Of a stretch of DNA of 64,000 nucleotides, positions 39,601 through 52,219 are shown one piece after another. Position 1 is the first letter of the stretch, and every line of letters begins with the position of its first letter. A program made the translations under genes and the position numbers. Source of the DNA: Lama glama (Eukaryota); NCBI GenBank assembly GCA_028534125.1, contig CM052817.1, forward strand, positions 99,450,001-99,514,000, in the 5' to 3' direction. The notes under the pieces were generated by a model. It had not been told where the DNA came from, made no database searches, and saw nothing but the letters and a program-made list of their open reading frames with translations.

Positions 39601-42054
39601 TAATGGAAAATTATGAGACATATCTGCACTGGTGGCTGCACCTGTGAAAGAATGTGCATTTGTGTCACAGCTACTTTCAACTGTTCAATTCTCCCCACCC
39701 TTCTTCCGCACAAAATTTCGTTGTCTGTCACAAAATTGATGGTAGTACATTTATTACTCCTCTTACTATATTTTTCTCTTCTACTTTAAATAACATTGAA
39801 GGGTCTTACATACTTTAAAAAGTTATACAAGCTAACTGAAGAAAGTTTGGAAAATGTAGAAAAGTTCAAAAATGAAAAGAAAAGTATACCCATAATTATA
39901 ATATGCATACATCTCCGACACTTGGTGTGTGTATTATTCCCATAAATAGATGTGTAGTACAAAATTGAGATCAGGTGAAACGTACTTCTTACAGCCTGTT
40001 TATTTTTTCACTTAGATATAATATATATCATTAACATTTTCCATGTCACTCGTCTTTTAAATGTGACATTAAAAATAACTGTTTATTGTTACGTTGTTGA
40101 TTAGGCCATACTTTAACCAGGCTTCTACTATTTACATTCAAGTTGTGTCTAATGTTTTGCTATTATGAACGCTGTAAAACTCTTCTCTAGTTAAGTGCAC
40201 AGGCTTTGACACTGAACACATTTGGCTTAAACTCTAGTTCCATAACTTACTGGCTATGTGCTCTTGAGAAATTATGGAACAAATTATTGAAGTTTCCGTT
40301 TCCTTATCTATAAAAGGACTATAATAATACTTCCCATTGTAAGGATTACAGATGAAGTACTTAACACAGTACCCCAAAAGCAATGAGTGCTCAATAAATG
40401 TAAGCCATTATAACAATAATTAAAGCATATGTTTTTGTTAAATGATGTTATTTTTAATTTTTTTGAAAAAAACACTTTTTGAACACTTTTCTGATCAATA
40501 TAGCTATCTACTCTTCTGTTTACTAGCTAGTCTGGTTGGCATTTGGACCATGCATATGTAATCTTTGATTCAGCCACAAATTTTATTAGTTTTTTGGACC
40601 CAAAGAGGTAACTCTTGAGAGCAGGTCTTTCTTTGCTCACTCAGACCATTAGGAATCCATAGAGCAAAACTACTTAACTGCTTTTTTTCTTCCCAGAAAA
40701 ATCCAAAGCACATAAACCGCTAATTTGTTAAAATATATCACAAATAATCTAAGACTAAACACGACAAACGGGTATAAACTCTTGCTCTACCCGCTCAGCA
40801 GCCGCTTTCTTGCAGGGAGTGAACGGAGAGAAGGCTGAGCAAAGTTCACGCAGCATCTGGGAAGGGGAACCAACCCAGTTCCTGAATTCCGTTCTGCCTA
40901 ATACAACAGCCCCTTCATCCTACACTCCCTTCTGGCACTTCCCCCAACTGCTCATAGACTACAGACAGGACCAGATTTCCAACCTTTACAGAGCTTTTTT
41001 GCTCCTTTGTCAAGAAAGAGTTACTCTGACTTCCTTTGTAGTAAACTGAGTTCTCACGCAGGTCTTGGTCTTTTTTTTTTTTTTAAATCACCAAAAATTC
41101 TTCAGGGTTCCTACATGTGAACTATTTGAATTGAAAATTTGGCTGGAAGAGTTTTTTGGACAAAAGCAGGAGCAACCAGATACCCTTTCTACTCCACCTC
41201 CACACCCTAAAAAACCCTCTGTTTTGTTGATGGCAGGTTGTCTACTGTGATCTCGTTATGCTGGGTTCCCAGGGTGCCAGCTAGAAAAAGTACAGGTACT
41301 ATGTTTACATAGACTTCATGTCTATTTACAAAATCTCTCTGTGGAGCTTGCAAATTTTTTTTTCTTTTTTCCTATTTTTCATGGCTGCACCTGTCAATCC
41401 AACTGTAACCATCAGCCAATGAGCACTACTGTCCTGAGGCCAGTTTCTGATGGGGGAAGTGGGAGGGGTACCCATCAAACTGGTTTGACTGCCTGAAGAT
41501 GGCTGATTGCCCTAGTTTTAGCAAAAAACAGAACATACGAAATAACCTCAATCTTTGGATTTCCCAATGTGGAAATTGAATTTGGAGGGCTGTGAAAACC
41601 AGTAATACTCTTTTCACTTTTTTAACTATTTAAGAACTGCCATGTAGATAGAGCTTTAGACAGCAGCACTGTTCATACAAACAGCACAGACTCTATTGTA
41701 CTCCCTTGGATTGAAAGAGTTAGGTCCCCACGTACCTGACCAGTTGCTAGGCCACTTTGACAATGAAGAAAGTGAGTCTCCTGGGTTAAATGAAAGGTAC
41801 TGAATCTGGGGACCCCTGAATACAGTCAATTTAAGTGGTGGCATGTAGCTCCCTGATTTAGTAGAAAACAAAAGGAGTATATGTAAATAGATATTCTGCC
41901 TCTAGTTTCCTAAAGAATTCACTTCAAATACTGAGGAAAAGACAGTTTAATTCTATCTGAGGCCAGTTTCCTACATTCTTATTTAATTCCTGAGGCTCAT
42001 TTACTTCGTCTGTAAAACAGAGCTAATAATATCTACAAATGGAATTGTTCTAGG

Positions 42055-42945
42055 TGAGACCAGAGGGAAGGGGGCAGGACACAACCATTAAAAGAATGAT
42101 ACATCAATTGAGGATAAGTTAACTGGTTAGAACAAAGATGGTGGAAGATTCGACTTCCAGTAGACCTTGAGCCTCATGGCACACCCACAGGTGCCATGAC
42201 AGTTCCCATGCTAGCCATAAAAGGCCAAAAAGTGGGCAGGGGACCAATTCCTGGAAATCCCTGCCCCTTCCCCAACATAGCTGGAATAATCCTCCCATTT
42301 GTGAGCATATGAAGTTACCGAGCCCATAAAAACTAACCACCCCCCACACCTCATGCCCGATCTCACTTTCCAAGAAAACCTCATGCCAAGGGGCCACCTC
42401 TTGCCTGCTGCCTCTTTCTCTCTTGCCTTTTAAGACGGCCTGCACTCTGACTTACCTCCCTGAATAAACTCGCTTTCACCTTACCATGGCTCGTTCTTGA
42501 ATTCTTTGCTGCACAAAGCCAAGAACCCTCACTTGATGAGGCATGCCCCAGGGACTCACCTGGTGTAGTAGAGAATAACCTTTGTTTTGTTAGAGATTTA
42601 CAGGGACACCATGACCTAGCCCACGGGGATGGCTGCAAGAAAAAAGAATGCCTGCAGCAAGAAGATTACAACAATCAACCACATCCCCTCCCTTATTTTC
42701 TCTCCCCCTCCCTCATTTTTTGTATAAAAGGAGCCTGTATTCTGACTAGAGCAGGATGGTTCTCCAAGACATTAGTCTGCCATCCTCTTGGTCTGCCGGC
42801 TTTCCAAATAAAGTCACTATTCCTTGCCCCGACACCTTGTCTCCCGATTTATTGGCCTGTCGTGCGGCGAGCAGAATGAGTTTGGACTCGGCAACACTGG
42901 GACCTGGGACATGGCCATCTTCTAGCTCCCCATTTTCCTGCAACA
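42055..42945 (+). mobile_element. MER41-like ERV1 solo LTR, interrupted by a second LTR
   Basis: TG...CA ends, AATAAA at ~42463, clear homology to the 51564-52219 copy, MER41-type core (cacaggtgccatgacagtt...aattctttgctgcacaaagccaagaaccc). Confidence 0.82.
42564..42896 (+). mobile_element. ERV1-type solo LTR nested in the MER41-like LTR
   Basis: TGTAG...CAACA termini, TATAAAA at ~42723, AATAAA at ~42807, 4-bp TSD CTGG at 42560-42563 and 42897-42900. Confidence 0.9.
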
Positions 42946-44327
42946 TTAAGGACCAAGTGAAAAAAGGATTACTGCTAGAATAATAGTAATCACTTTTAAA
43001 ACAAAGTTTTAATATTTATAATGAAGAAATAACCTGAAAACCAATTTTTCTTTTAGAAGTCCACAAACTTTATAACTTAAGTTTTTTTCTTAACTATCAG
43101 AGCCTTGGTAATAAACACCCTCATCCTTAGAAAGATATGAATGATTCTTATCTCAAGGTCACTTTTAATTGCCCTTCCTTTTCACATACACAGAATGCTT
43201 CTTTATGCTCCTTATCAACCCTTACCTTTTTCTGCTTTGAGTTTTAATTACTTGTTTACCAAGCTCTCCTCCACAAGATGTAACATTGTGCGAATCGTTT
43301 CCCCCTTACAACATCTGGAATGGTGTCTTGGATGTAGTACATTTTCCATAAAAGTTTGTGTTGAAATGAAAAAAGTTGAAAATAGAATCTGTTGTAGGAC
43401 CTGTTTCCCATTGACAGCCATATTCTGATTGGAGCCCTTGTTTGTTCCCTGTCAACAGAAAATGAACCAGAGGGGGGAGTACAGCTACCATCAGAATGAG
43501 TTGGAGAGGAAAGTTTCAAGAAAGAAGGAAGGTTAAATTGTTGAATGCAGATAGGTAGGGAAGGAAGAGGGCTGATCAAAGCCCTTTGGTTTTCCTGGTG
43601 GTTAGCTGAGATCTTCAATAGAACTAGAACTATCTTAGTTAAGTGATAAGGAAATGCCAGATTACTGTAGTCTTGATAGTGAGTGGGTAGTGATAAGTGG
43701 CTGGAATATGGTATAGACCCTCCCTATTTCTGCTTAAAGGCTGAACTCCAGTCCAGCCCAACACCTTCTAGAAACAAGGCTATGCTCCAGGCAAGCCAGC
43801 CACATCACAGCTTCCTCTTTGCATACAGTGACTTCCCGTTTGCAGGATTTTGTTCTTGGTCTTTTCATATGACCTGAGGGTCCAATGTCAAGTACAAGAG
43901 GTCTTTTCCCAATTGCTCCAGCTTAATATGTTCTGTTTTGCCCTGAAGCCGGTAACATATAAGCTTTCTGATGGCACTTAACACATTCAGCCTAGTGGTA
44001 CAGGTAGGTAAATGTATGATTTCCCTTATTAGTCTGTAAGGGATAAACAAACTTTAATAAATACTAAAAGTTTTTTTCATACTAAGATACTACCTATTCA
44101 TACTAGATACTACCTAATGGATAGTAGTTATATAGATCCAGAAAGGGAATTTTAAGTCAGAAAACTTATATCAAGAGACTTCAGAGTTTCAATTTAATCC
44201 AACAAACATGAACTGAATGCCTTTTATGTGCAAAACATTGTGCCCTCAAAAAGTTTAAGATCTAATGCATTAATCAGCACACTTTTAATAAAGTCAATAA
44301 AAACCTTAGACTTTGAAGATCATTTGA

Positions 44328-44780
44328 TCTCTGTCTCAAAAACTCAACTCTGCCATTATAGTGAGAAAACAGCCATAGATGCTACCTAAACCAGTGAGAG
44401 TGACTGCATTCCAACAAAACTTTATTCATGAACACTGAAATTTGAATTTCATATAATTTTCATATGTCATGATACATTATACTTCTTTTGATTTTGTACT
44501 TTTTTTAAAAACTTTAAAATAAATTTTTGTTGTTGTTTTTGGAAAGGGGCAGGAAAGTAATTAGGTGTGCTAGTTTGTTTGTTTATTTAATGGAGGCACC
44601 AGGGACTGAACCCAGGACCTCATGCATGCTAGGCATGTACTCTACCACTGAGCTGTACCCTCCTGCCTTAAAGTTTTTTTAATGATCTAAAAATATAAAA
44701 ACTATTTTTAGCTTGTAGGCCATACAAAAACAGGTGGCATACCAGATTTGCCCTGTGGCCCATAGTTTGCTGAACCCTGA
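44328..44780 (-). mobile_element. MER58B-like hAT-Charlie element containing a Vic-1-like SINE (~44520-44667, minus)
   Basis: Terminus ggcccatagtttgctgaacccctg; ttccaacaaaactttattcatgaacactgaaatttgaatttcatataatttt; SINE ctgaacccaggacctcatgcatgctagg. Confidence 0.88.
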
Positions 44781-44952
44781 TCCAGTGAATGGCCACTCAG
44801 TGAATGGTTCACTCAGAAGTGAAACCGAGTCCCCCTAATACTGAGTTTCTCTGCTGAGTTTATGATTAACCTCTCTATCCAAAAATTTATTCCCTTTCTT
44901 GTCCCACATCTGTTACCCTCAGAACTGAAGAGTATCAAAGAAAAAGGGGGAT

Positions 44953-47521
44953 TGAAATCAAGCAGGACGTTGCAGGGCCCCCCTGGTACAAAAGCCCCTC
45001 CATGCCACCTGTTTCTAGTTTGTATAAAAAGAACTTTTGTCTCCTAGGCCTTCCCTGAGTTCCAAAGAGCAGATTCAAGCAGACACTAATTAGGGAAGTG
45101 AGGGAATGCAGAAACAAAGGAAAAGATTAACATACAGTAATCAGTTGCATTTCTTTACACTAACAATGAATTAGCAGGAAAAGAAAGTAAAGAAACAATC
45201 CCTTTTAAAAATCGCTTCCAAAACAATAAAATATGGAGGAATAAATCTGACCAAGGAGGTGAAAGACTTATACATGGAGTACTACAAAACATTGATTAAG
45301 GAAATTAAAGATGACTTAAAGAAATGGAAAGAGATTCCATGCTCTTGGATTGTAAGAATTAATATTGTTAAAATGGCAATACTGCCCAATGCAATCTACT
45401 GATTTAATGTGATCCTTATCAAACTACCTAGGACATTTTTCACAGAACTAGAACAAATAATCCTAAAATTTATATGGAATCACCAAAGACCCAGAATTGC
45501 CAAAGCAATATTAAAAAAAAAAAAAAAGAACAAAGCTGTGGGAATAATCCTCCCAGATTTCAGAGCTGCAGTAATCAAAACGGGGGTATTGGCATGAAAA
45601 ACAGGCATGTGGATCAATGGAACAGAACCCAGAAATAAACCCACAGACTAGTGGTCAATTATCTTCAACAAAGGAGGCAAGAATATACAATGGAGAAAAG
45701 ACAGTCTCTTCAGCAAATGGTGTAGGGAAAACTGGACAGCCACACAAAAATCAATGAAGGTGGAACACTCCTTCACATCATACACAAAAATAAACTCAAA
45801 ATGGCTTTTAAAGACTTAAATATGAGACAGGACATGATAAACCTCCTAGAAGAAAGCATAAGCAAAACAATATCTGACATAAATCTTAGCAATGTTCCCC
45901 TAGGGCAGCCTACCCAGGCAATAGAAATAAAAGCAAAATAAATGGGCCCTAATTAAACTTACAAGCTTTTGCACAGGAAAGGAAACCATAAGCAAAACAA
46001 AACGACAACCTGCAGAATAGGAGAAAATATTTGCAAATGATGTGACTGACAAAGGTTTAATTTCCAGAACATATAAATAGCCCATACAACTTAATAACAA
46101 CAAAAACAGAAAAATACAACTCAATCCAAAAATGGGCAGAAGATCTAAACAAACAATTCTCCAATGAAGACATACAAATGGCAAACAGGCACGTGAAAAA
46201 ATGCTCAATATCACTAATTATCAGAGAAATGCAAATCAAAACTACAATGAGGTATCACCTCACAACAGTCAAAATGGCCATCATTCAAAAGTCCACAAAC
46301 AATAAATGCTGTAGAGGCTATGGAGAAAAGGGAACTCTCCTGCATTGCTGGTGGGAATGTAGTTTGGTGTGGCCATTACAGAAAACAGCATGGAGATTCC
46401 TCAAAAAGCTAAAAATAGTCTTACCATATGATCCAGCAATCCCATTCCTGGGCATATATCCAGAGGGAACTCTAATTCGAAAAGATACACGCACCCCAAT
46501 GTTCAAAGCAGCACTATTTACAATATCCAAGACATGGAAACAACTTAAATGTCCACTGACAGATGACTGGATAAAGAAATTGTGGATACAATGGAATACT
46601 ACTCAGCCAGAAAAAAGAATAAAATAATGCCATTTGTAGCAACATGGATGGGCTTGGAGAAGACTGTCATTCTAAATGAAGTAAGCCAGAAAGAGAAAGA
46701 AAAATACCATATGATATCACTCGTATGTACAATCTGAAAAAAAAAAAGGAAAGAAAGAAAAAAGAGAACACTAATGAACTCATCCACAAAACAGAAACAG
46801 ACACGCAAACATAGCAAACAATTTTATGGTTACCAGGGAAAAAGGGGTGAGAAGGGATAGATTTGAGAGTTTAAGATTTACAAATGTTAACCATTATACA
46901 TAAAAATAGATTTAAAAAAATTTCTTCTGTATAGCACAGGGAACTATATTCAATATCTGGTAATAACCTTTAATGAAAAAGAATATGAAAAAGAATATAT
47001 GTATATATTTATGCATGACTGGGACATTATGCTGTACACCAGAAACTGACACATTATAACTGACTATACTTCAATTTTAAAAAAAAAGTAAAAAAAAAGA
47101 AACAGTAGTTCAGTGATAAAACAGAGTCCTAGTTCCCCTTAAAGGGACATATATATATCTGATACGTATCTTTGAGTTCTGCAGGAGCTAAGGCCCCCTA
47201 CCCTGGTGGAGGATGGTAACTATATGCTGAAACTCCAGAATGGTTGGAAACAAAAGGTTGATGAGTGAGATTCCAGGAACACTACCCTGTTACCTCACCA
47301 ACAACTAATCAGAAGAAAATCACGCACCCTGCAGCCCTCACTCCATATGTTGCCTTTATAAACCCCTCCCTGAAAACCATCGTGGAGTTCAAGTCTTTTG
47401 AGAGCAAGTCCCCAGTTCTCCTTGCTTGGCCCTGCAATAAACCTTTCTTTGCTCCAAACTCCAACATAACAGTTTGTTTGGCCCCACTGTGCATAGGCAC
47501 ATGGACTTGGGCTCAACAACA
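44953..47521 (+). mobile_element. ERV1-type LTR split by an L1 (halves ~44953-45125 and ~47100-47521)
   Basis: TGAAATC start just after a polypurine tract, TATAAA at ~47357, AATAAA at ~47436, ends AACAACA. Confidence 0.75.
45126..47100 (+). mobile_element. ~2-kb 5'-truncated camelid L1 (disrupted ORF2 3' part, 3' UTR, poly(A))
   Basis: ORF2 peptides [32 protein letters not shown] and [28 protein letters not shown]...[12 protein letters not shown]; frameshifts present. Confidence 0.96.
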
Positions 47522-48200
47522 GAAGCACTTTGAAGTTCTATTCTTAATACCAAAATAATCTATCATTTTGCTGCCATTTTGACAGGATTTGTGATTGACG
47601 AATGCTATAGAAGGTAGAGCTTCATCCACTTATGTACCAAATTTTATTCTGTGCTCACCTCATTCAAAGCACAGGAACTGATGATACAGCTGTGAAGAGG
47701 TCAGTAAAGATGACTGTTCTTAGGGAAAAAAATCATTATTTTACAACTACCAGTGTAAAATGGTTCAAGAATTATGAAAGGATGCTAAAACCAATGGGTG
47801 AAAGGTTGTTGAAGAATTAAATATTCACATGTTCTCAAAATATCAGTATTAACTATCAAGGGGTAAAGGTATTTTTACAAGGAAGCAATCTGATAAAACC
47901 CATCTTAACCAAGTGATCAAACTTTGTATCACCAACAATAGCACAAAGTAACGTTAGGTGTCTCCTGGTCTGATGTAATATATCATCACCTATGTCAGTA
48001 TTCTTGCCACAAATAGGTTGTAGAAGATTCTACAAGACAAGGGGCTGGATTCTTAAAAAGTATTAAGGTCATGAAAGACTGAAAAAAAAGGCAGGAGGAC
48101 ACTTTTGTACATACAAGTAGACTTTACAAGACTTAATCAAATGCAATGGATGATCCTTAATTGGATCCTCAACAGGGAAAAAGCCATAAGAAACAATTGG

Positions 48201-49156
48201 AACATAATAAAATCTACTTATGCCAAACCCACAGACAACATCATACTCAAGGATGCAAAGCTAAAGCCTTCCCATTAAATTCAGAAACAAGACAAGGACA
48301 ACCACTCTCACCACTTCTATTTAACAGAGTATTGGAAAAACGAGACATCACTTCACACCTGTCAGAATGACTATCATCAAAAAGTCTACAAATAACAAAT
48401 GTTGGAGAGGATGTGAAGAAAAGTGAACCCTTGTACACTGTTGGTGGGAATGTAAATTGGTACAGCCACTATGGAAAACAGTATGAAGTTCCCTCAAAAA
48501 GCTAAAAATAGAACTACAACAGGATCCAGTAATTCCACTCCTGGGTGTGTATCCAAAGAAAACAAAAACAATAATTTGAAAAGATGCATGCACCCTACTA
48601 TTCACAGCAGCACTGTTTACAATAGCCAAGACATGGAAGCAATCCAAGTGCCCATGAACAGATGAATGGATAAAAATGTGGTGTGTATATATATACACAA
48701 ACATACACACACAATGGAATATTACTCATCCATAAAAAAGAATGAAATTCTGCCAATAGCAGCAACATGGATGGACCTAGATAATATTATGCTTAGTGAA
48801 ATAAGTCAGAGAAAGACAAATACTTAATGATATCACTTATATGTGGAACCTAAAAAATAATACAAAAGAATGTATATCCAAAGCAGAAACAGACTCACAG
48901 GTTTAGAAAACAAACATGGTTAACAAAGGGGAGAGGGAAGTGGGGAGGGATAAACTAGGGACATGGGATTAACAAAAACAAACTATCATGTACAAAATAG
49001 ATAAGCAACAAGGACATCCTGTATAGTACAGGAAATTATACCCATTAACTTATGATAACTCATAATGGAGTAAAAATCTGCAAAAATACTGAATCACTAT
49101 GCTGTACACCTGAAACTAATATAATATTATAATTCAACTATATTTCAATGTTAAAA
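48201..49156 (+). mobile_element. Internally deleted L1 inserted in an L1ME/MC-like element (~47740-49500)
   Basis: RT motif KAFPLNSETRQGQPLSPLLFNRVLE fused to the ORF2 C-terminus; TSD AAGAAA(C/T)AATTGG at 48188-48200 and 49157-49169. Confidence 0.9.
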
Positions 49157-51563
49157 AAGAAATAATTGGGGAAAATTTAGACCATATATTAATAGTATTA
49201 TAGCTATGTTAAATATTTTAGAGCGACAATGGTATTGCTGTTACACAGGAAAGATTTCTTGTTCTTAGGAGATTCAGGCTGAATTACTTAGTGGTGAAGT
49301 ATGATATCTGCAACTTTCAAATGGTTCAGAAAAATATGAGTATACATACGCATATAAAAAGAGAAGTAAGGCAAATGTGATAAAATGTTAATAATCGAAG
49401 ATTGGGTAAAGTGTATATAGGTGTTCACTGTACTATTCTTTTAACTTCTCTTTAGGTTTGAAATTTTTAAAAATAAAAAGTTGGGAAATTTTTTTGAATA
49501 AAGAGAGCTAAAACAAACAAACAAAATCTCTGTTTCATGAAATTTATATTCTAACAAATAAGTAATATATAACCATTTACAGATTGTAAGTAAATTCAAT
49601 GAAGAAAATCAATATTTTGTGATATGACAAAGAGTAGTCGGGTAGATGGGAGGGCTATTTTGGAGACTGTTTCAGAAAAAATTTCTCTGCAGAGGTATCA
49701 TTTCAGTTGAGACCCCCAAGATGAGCCAGCTGTGTTAAATGCCAGCAGAAAAAGCACTCCAGGATTCTAGGTTAAGTAAACATCAACTGCAAAGGCAAAT
49801 GTGTCAGGAAATAAATTGGAGAGGTGCAGGCAAGAGCCAGATTACACAAAGCTATTGGCCATTGTTAAGAGTTTGGATTTTATTTAAATATCTACACAAC
49901 TTTAATGAGTTGTACACTTTAAAAAGTGAATTTTATGATATGTGGATTATATCCTGATAAAAAATTATTTAATTAAAATAAAAATAAATTCGATGACGAT
50001 CCAGTGAAAGTTTTAAGCAGACACATGACATGACCCAGCTTACTTTTAAAAAAAGTTCACTCTGGCTGACAGCAGCTTTCTTAAGTCACGTATCCTTACT
50101 GCCTTGTATTAAGGTCACAAATGTGTCTGATCACCCTAATAATCTCTAAGTACTGGAGTCATGAGATTAATGTCCAATTTATCTTTATATTCTTCAGAGT
50201 GTCACGTTACTCATGCTTTATGTTCAGAAAATATTTGCTAAATGAAATGATTAACAAAGGAAAAAATATCTCAATGATAACTCTTAATTCTTTATGTTTT
50301 ACATAATTTATACTTTTGGAATCAAGGAATCAGTGACCAAATATATATTCAATATGGCTTATAATCAGTTTCAAATATTATTGACATAAACACCCCAAGA
50401 TCGTTCCATCCAATTATGGCATTGTTTATAATATCTAATTTTATTTTTCTGTATTTTGCTACATTTTTCAAGTTTCCTACAAATGAACTTGTGACACTTT
50501 TATAATCAGAACAAGTGGCTCTTTTAAGCCCCTGAAATGTTCATCTCTTCTAGACTATAAATAAAAGTGAGTAAAAACCATTAAGATTATTAATTTAAAC
50601 AACCAATTATATGTAATCCAGAATGACTCTTGCCCAAATTTCAGTCTCTGCAGCACTCTTCCGCACTCAGCTGAGGCCACTCATTCATTTGTTTATTCAT
50701 CAGTAAAATATTATCAGGCCAGCGTTGATAGTTACACAACTCCAGAGGGGCCCATTCACATAGAGAACAGTGGGCTGAACGTTCTGAATTGCAGGACACC
50801 TAGATACTAAGCAGGTACTGGTCCAGGCAGTTTGTGAGCCCTGGAGGTAAAAAAGAAAACAAGGCAGATCTCACATTGTGTTACAACTACATGTTTAGTT
50901 ATCTGTCTCCCTCAGTGTGATGTAAACCCTGTGAGGCAGACAGTAAGTCGGATTTCTGCAGAGGTGTTCAATAAGGCGTTTACCAAGCAGAGAAGGGGTA
51001 GAGTCAAGGAAAAGGATTCCCATCATAAAAAACAAACAGTAACTGGGAAGGCAGGAGAGGACTGTGTTTCACAAGTCCTGTTTGGCTGGGAAACAGAGCA
51101 GGAGTAAGGAAGTAGAGAGAGACCCGTCCTGGACAGGTTTATGAGTCACCAGAAAGAATTTAGACTTAGTCTTAAAGGCCAGGAGAACCAATAAAGAGTT
51201 TTAAGGAAAGGAATGGCTTTATCAGATTTGTGCATTCCCAAACCAGACACTGGATTAGAGGCAGCATCTGACTGAAGACAGGGAAACTTGTTTAGAAGAC
51301 ATAGCTGCAAGCCAGGGGTTCATTATTTGGGATCTATAGTGGATTGAAGTTGGATAGGAAAAAAATGTTTATTTTTGCTGAAAACTAATTGAAATTTAGG
51401 AATTCCTCCAGTTATAAATGTAGGCAAGGAACCATAGTATGATTAACAATGTCTGTTACTTTACAACCAATAGAAATCAGATATTTTCACAATACCTTCC
51501 AGTTACTGCAGGTATCTCAAAACATTATTTGCCCTCATTGCTACTGTGAAATTACAGTTATTA

Positions 51564-52219
51564 CGAGACAGGAAAAAAGAGGGCAGGGCACAAACATTCA
51601 AGAAATAACCCAGCAGTTAACACCAAGGTGGCCAAAAATTCAACTCCCAACAGGCCTTGAGGCCCAAGATGGCAGGAGATTTGACTTCCAATAGACTTTG
51701 AGCTTTATTATACACTCGTGACATATTAACATGGAAAATGGCACTCCCACAGGCACCATGACAGTTCTGAGGCTGACCATAAAAGGTGAAAAAGTGGGTA
51801 GTGGCCCAGTTCCTGGGAATCCCAGCCCCTTCCCCAAAGTAGTTGGAATAATCCTCCTGCTTATTAGCATATGAAGTTACCAAGCCCATAAAAACTAACA
51901 ACCCCCACACCTTGTGGCTGCTCTCCTTTCTGAACGAGATGGGCCACATTCTGTCTAAAGTGTGTATCTACTTTTACTTTAAACTGAGTGCCAAACCCCA
52001 CATCTCATGGCCTTTCTCTTGCCTTCTGAGACAGCCTGCGCTCTGTCTATGGAGTGTGTATCCCTCTGAATAAATCTACCTTTACTCAACTGTGGCCTGC
52101 TGCTGAATTCTTTCCTGCACCAAGCCAAGGACCCACACTTGGTGGGGCACATCCCAGGGACCCAACTGAGACCTGGGACACAGTCATCTTCTTTCCCCAC
52201 ATTCATTTTTCCTGTATCA
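51564..52219 (+). mobile_element. MER41-like ERV1 solo LTR inserted in a hAT-Charlie-like remnant
   Basis: 4-bp TSD ATTA at 51560-51563 and 52220-52223; (T>C)G...CA ends; AATAAA at ~52069; homologous to the 42055 copy. Confidence 0.85.

Noticed and set aside
43463..43482. CTCF-like CCAGAGGGGGAG
   Set aside because: Poor fit to the core consensus; cannot be supported without PWM scoring
3707..47100. Recurrent ~160-bp motif (gtatagcacagggaactatattcaatatc...) as a novel repeat array
   Set aside because: It is the L1 3' UTR, shown by its attachment to ORF2 at 45126-47100; copies are dispersed with no CRISPR-like periodicity
45409..48710. ORFs up to 149 aa
   Set aside because: Broken L1 ORF2 fragments and their antisense frames
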